Shown piece by piece: positions 62,046 to 64,000 of a stretch of DNA of 64,000 nt. The translations under genes and the position numbers were made by a program. The stretch is from positions 23,560,001 to 23,624,000 of the forward strand of contig NC_043012.1 of assembly GCF_006345805.1 (NCBI RefSeq), written 5' to 3'. The notes below the pieces were generated by a model that was given only the letters and a program-made list of their open reading frames with translations, was not told the origin of the DNA and did not search any database. The stretch comes from Octopus sinensis. Its lineage: Eukaryota. The first letter of the stretch is position 1; each line of letters starts with the position of its first letter.

Positions 62046-64000
62046 TACTTTCTGTGCAAGTAAACTAAAAGGTAAGTTCATTACTAACATATTCAGGAGT
62101 AAGCTGAGAAATATTAATCATTTAAGAATACACTTGTGGTGAGGAGAAAAACAAATAGTTTAATGATTAATTGTGCTCAAGAAATACAGAGGAGACAATT
62201 TCAGAATTTTATTTCATTAAAATTGATTAAAGATAGTTCATGGGAAATGCAGTAGGGAGTACAAAGACCAGACTTACTCCTTACTGTACTGATTACATTT
62301 TATCTTAAATTGATTTTAGTTATAACAGGATTGTCTCCCCACTATTTCTTGACCAGAATTAACCTCTAAATTAATGGTTAGTTCTCCTCACTGTAATGAT
62401 ATAATTTTAATTTGAATAAATTAAAATGTATTAGCTTTCTATATTAAATACGTTAGAACCCACATTACTGTATGTTTTACATGCAGCAGGTATCTCTGGA
62501 CATTTTCATTTACTTGTTTAATTTCAAGTTATCACACCACTCGGTGTCCTTTCACTAAAATCCTTCATTACTTTTCTCTTAGTCATTTTAAAATCTGGAA
62601 TTACTGGTTAGCTGGTGAGGTTTAAAGGACTGAAACATGTCCATAGATGTCACGGTAATGTCACTTGGACACTTCATTTTCTCTTAGTTAAAATACACTG
62701 GTTCATCAGATTAAATGTGTTAATATCCATTCATCCCTCCATTTTATCTGCCAATTATTCTAAGGAAAGCCCTGGGAGGGGAAGTCCTCAGACACCGCCT
62801 CCTTAGGGCCTAATCAGAAGCAACTATCATTATACTTCCTTTCCTGCTGGACCCTCAGGCATGAATCACTGAGACTATGGAAATATTCAACCATGCCATT
62901 CTTGGTCTAAGGCTCCCATTACTTGGTTCAGCTCGAAGAATCTATTTTGCAGTTCTTTTCTGTGACATTCTAATCACAAGTTTGTTGTCCAAGAGCCGTG
63001 GTCACTCAATGTTGAGAAGTTAACACCAAACTTAGGATATACACCGTAAGGCATTTCAACTGATAGTCAGCCATTTCTACAACTAAATTAAGTGACTGAT
63101 TCGATTAATCGATTGAACTGCCGTCTTGTGAGTACACATAATGTGTTTGGTGTTGGACAGTTAGTTCGGACCGTTTCTTTAGTACGTTATCTGTCAAAAA
63201 CAGGAAACAAATAAATTAATCACAAGAGTGTTGTCTGCAATAGACCGATGTTCCAGCCAAGAAGATACCATCTTTCGTTCTCTCGATGCAGCAACAGAAT
63301 TTCTTATTGTTGTTGTTTAACATCAGGTTACATCTGATTGAGCAGAGCCTTTATGAAAAAGTATTCCAGCCATGACAACAACTTCTTCAAGTCATTTTGT
63401 ACATCAACTAATGCTTTGGATGGTTCTTGAGAAAATATAGATGCTAATCCATCAAGTGGAAGTTCCCTCCATGCTTCAATGTCTCGATAGGAATAAAAGA
63501 CATTTTGGCACGGGTGATTTGGTGCTGCTTAGTTAGCATTGTTGAGTCGATGCTGACTTATTTGACTTGAGACATTTTAATGTCTCTCTTATTCTCTCCC
63601 TTCCTCCTCTCTCTCTCTGTTGATGTATGTGAGCAGATTTCTCATTATGCATGTGAAGAAGGGAAAAGTGTTTATGCCAAAACTGCACAATTAATAAATT
63701 GTAATGTTTCTTTTTCTCTCTCACAGTACATTTCTGTATGTGTGTGTGAGTACGTTTCCCTTCAGTGCCAAAAAGTACTGTCACCAAAAACAGGTTCTAC
63801 GGTATTTTTCAGCATAAAAGTCAATGTGGTATAAAGTGCAAATGTAGTGTAAACATTCAAACATCATCACTGTCTTTCCAAATCCTACTACATTTCACAT
63901 GGAATTTTTAGTATAAAAGTCAACCAACTTTTATTTTTGGCTGTAAATTTTGGTCCGAAAAATTCAACTTGTATGCCAGAAAGTACAGTATGTCCAGTCA

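Noticed and set aside
182-62142. The many YIYI/THTH/VCVC/NNN/III ORFs of 60-223 aa
   Set aside because: They are translations of (TA)n, (CA)n, (TAA)n and (GAT)n tracts that lack stops in some frames; no coding signal.

Overview
Very AT-rich, microsatellite-dense eukaryotic genomic DNA whose repeat content looks octopod-cephalopod (inferred from recalled SINE families, not a database search). I can identify no protein-coding gene, rRNA, tRNA gene or CRISPR array. Almost all listed ORFs are translations of (TA)n/(CA)n/(TAA)n tracts. The window is intergenic or intronic transposon debris: a dead DD34E Tc1 element, about 40 copies of three SINE-like families, fragments of RTE, R4/Dong and CR1 LINEs, TTAA-flanked piggyBac-like MITEs, a minisatellite and a 100-N gap. 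The most interesting signal is a set of short, ORF-less elements in (TA)n tracts carrying minimal type I hammerhead-ribozyme motifs (six whole or degenerate, one half; about four sequence families). Three are perfect or near-perfect fold-backs, the architecture of Penelope-like pseudo-LTRs. Also notable: a 191-bp local inverted duplication inside a SINE, a stop-free Dong RT fragment inside another SINE, and weak orphan exon candidates near 16.3 kb and 57.4-57.9 kb. Many boundaries are approximate and were read by eye.
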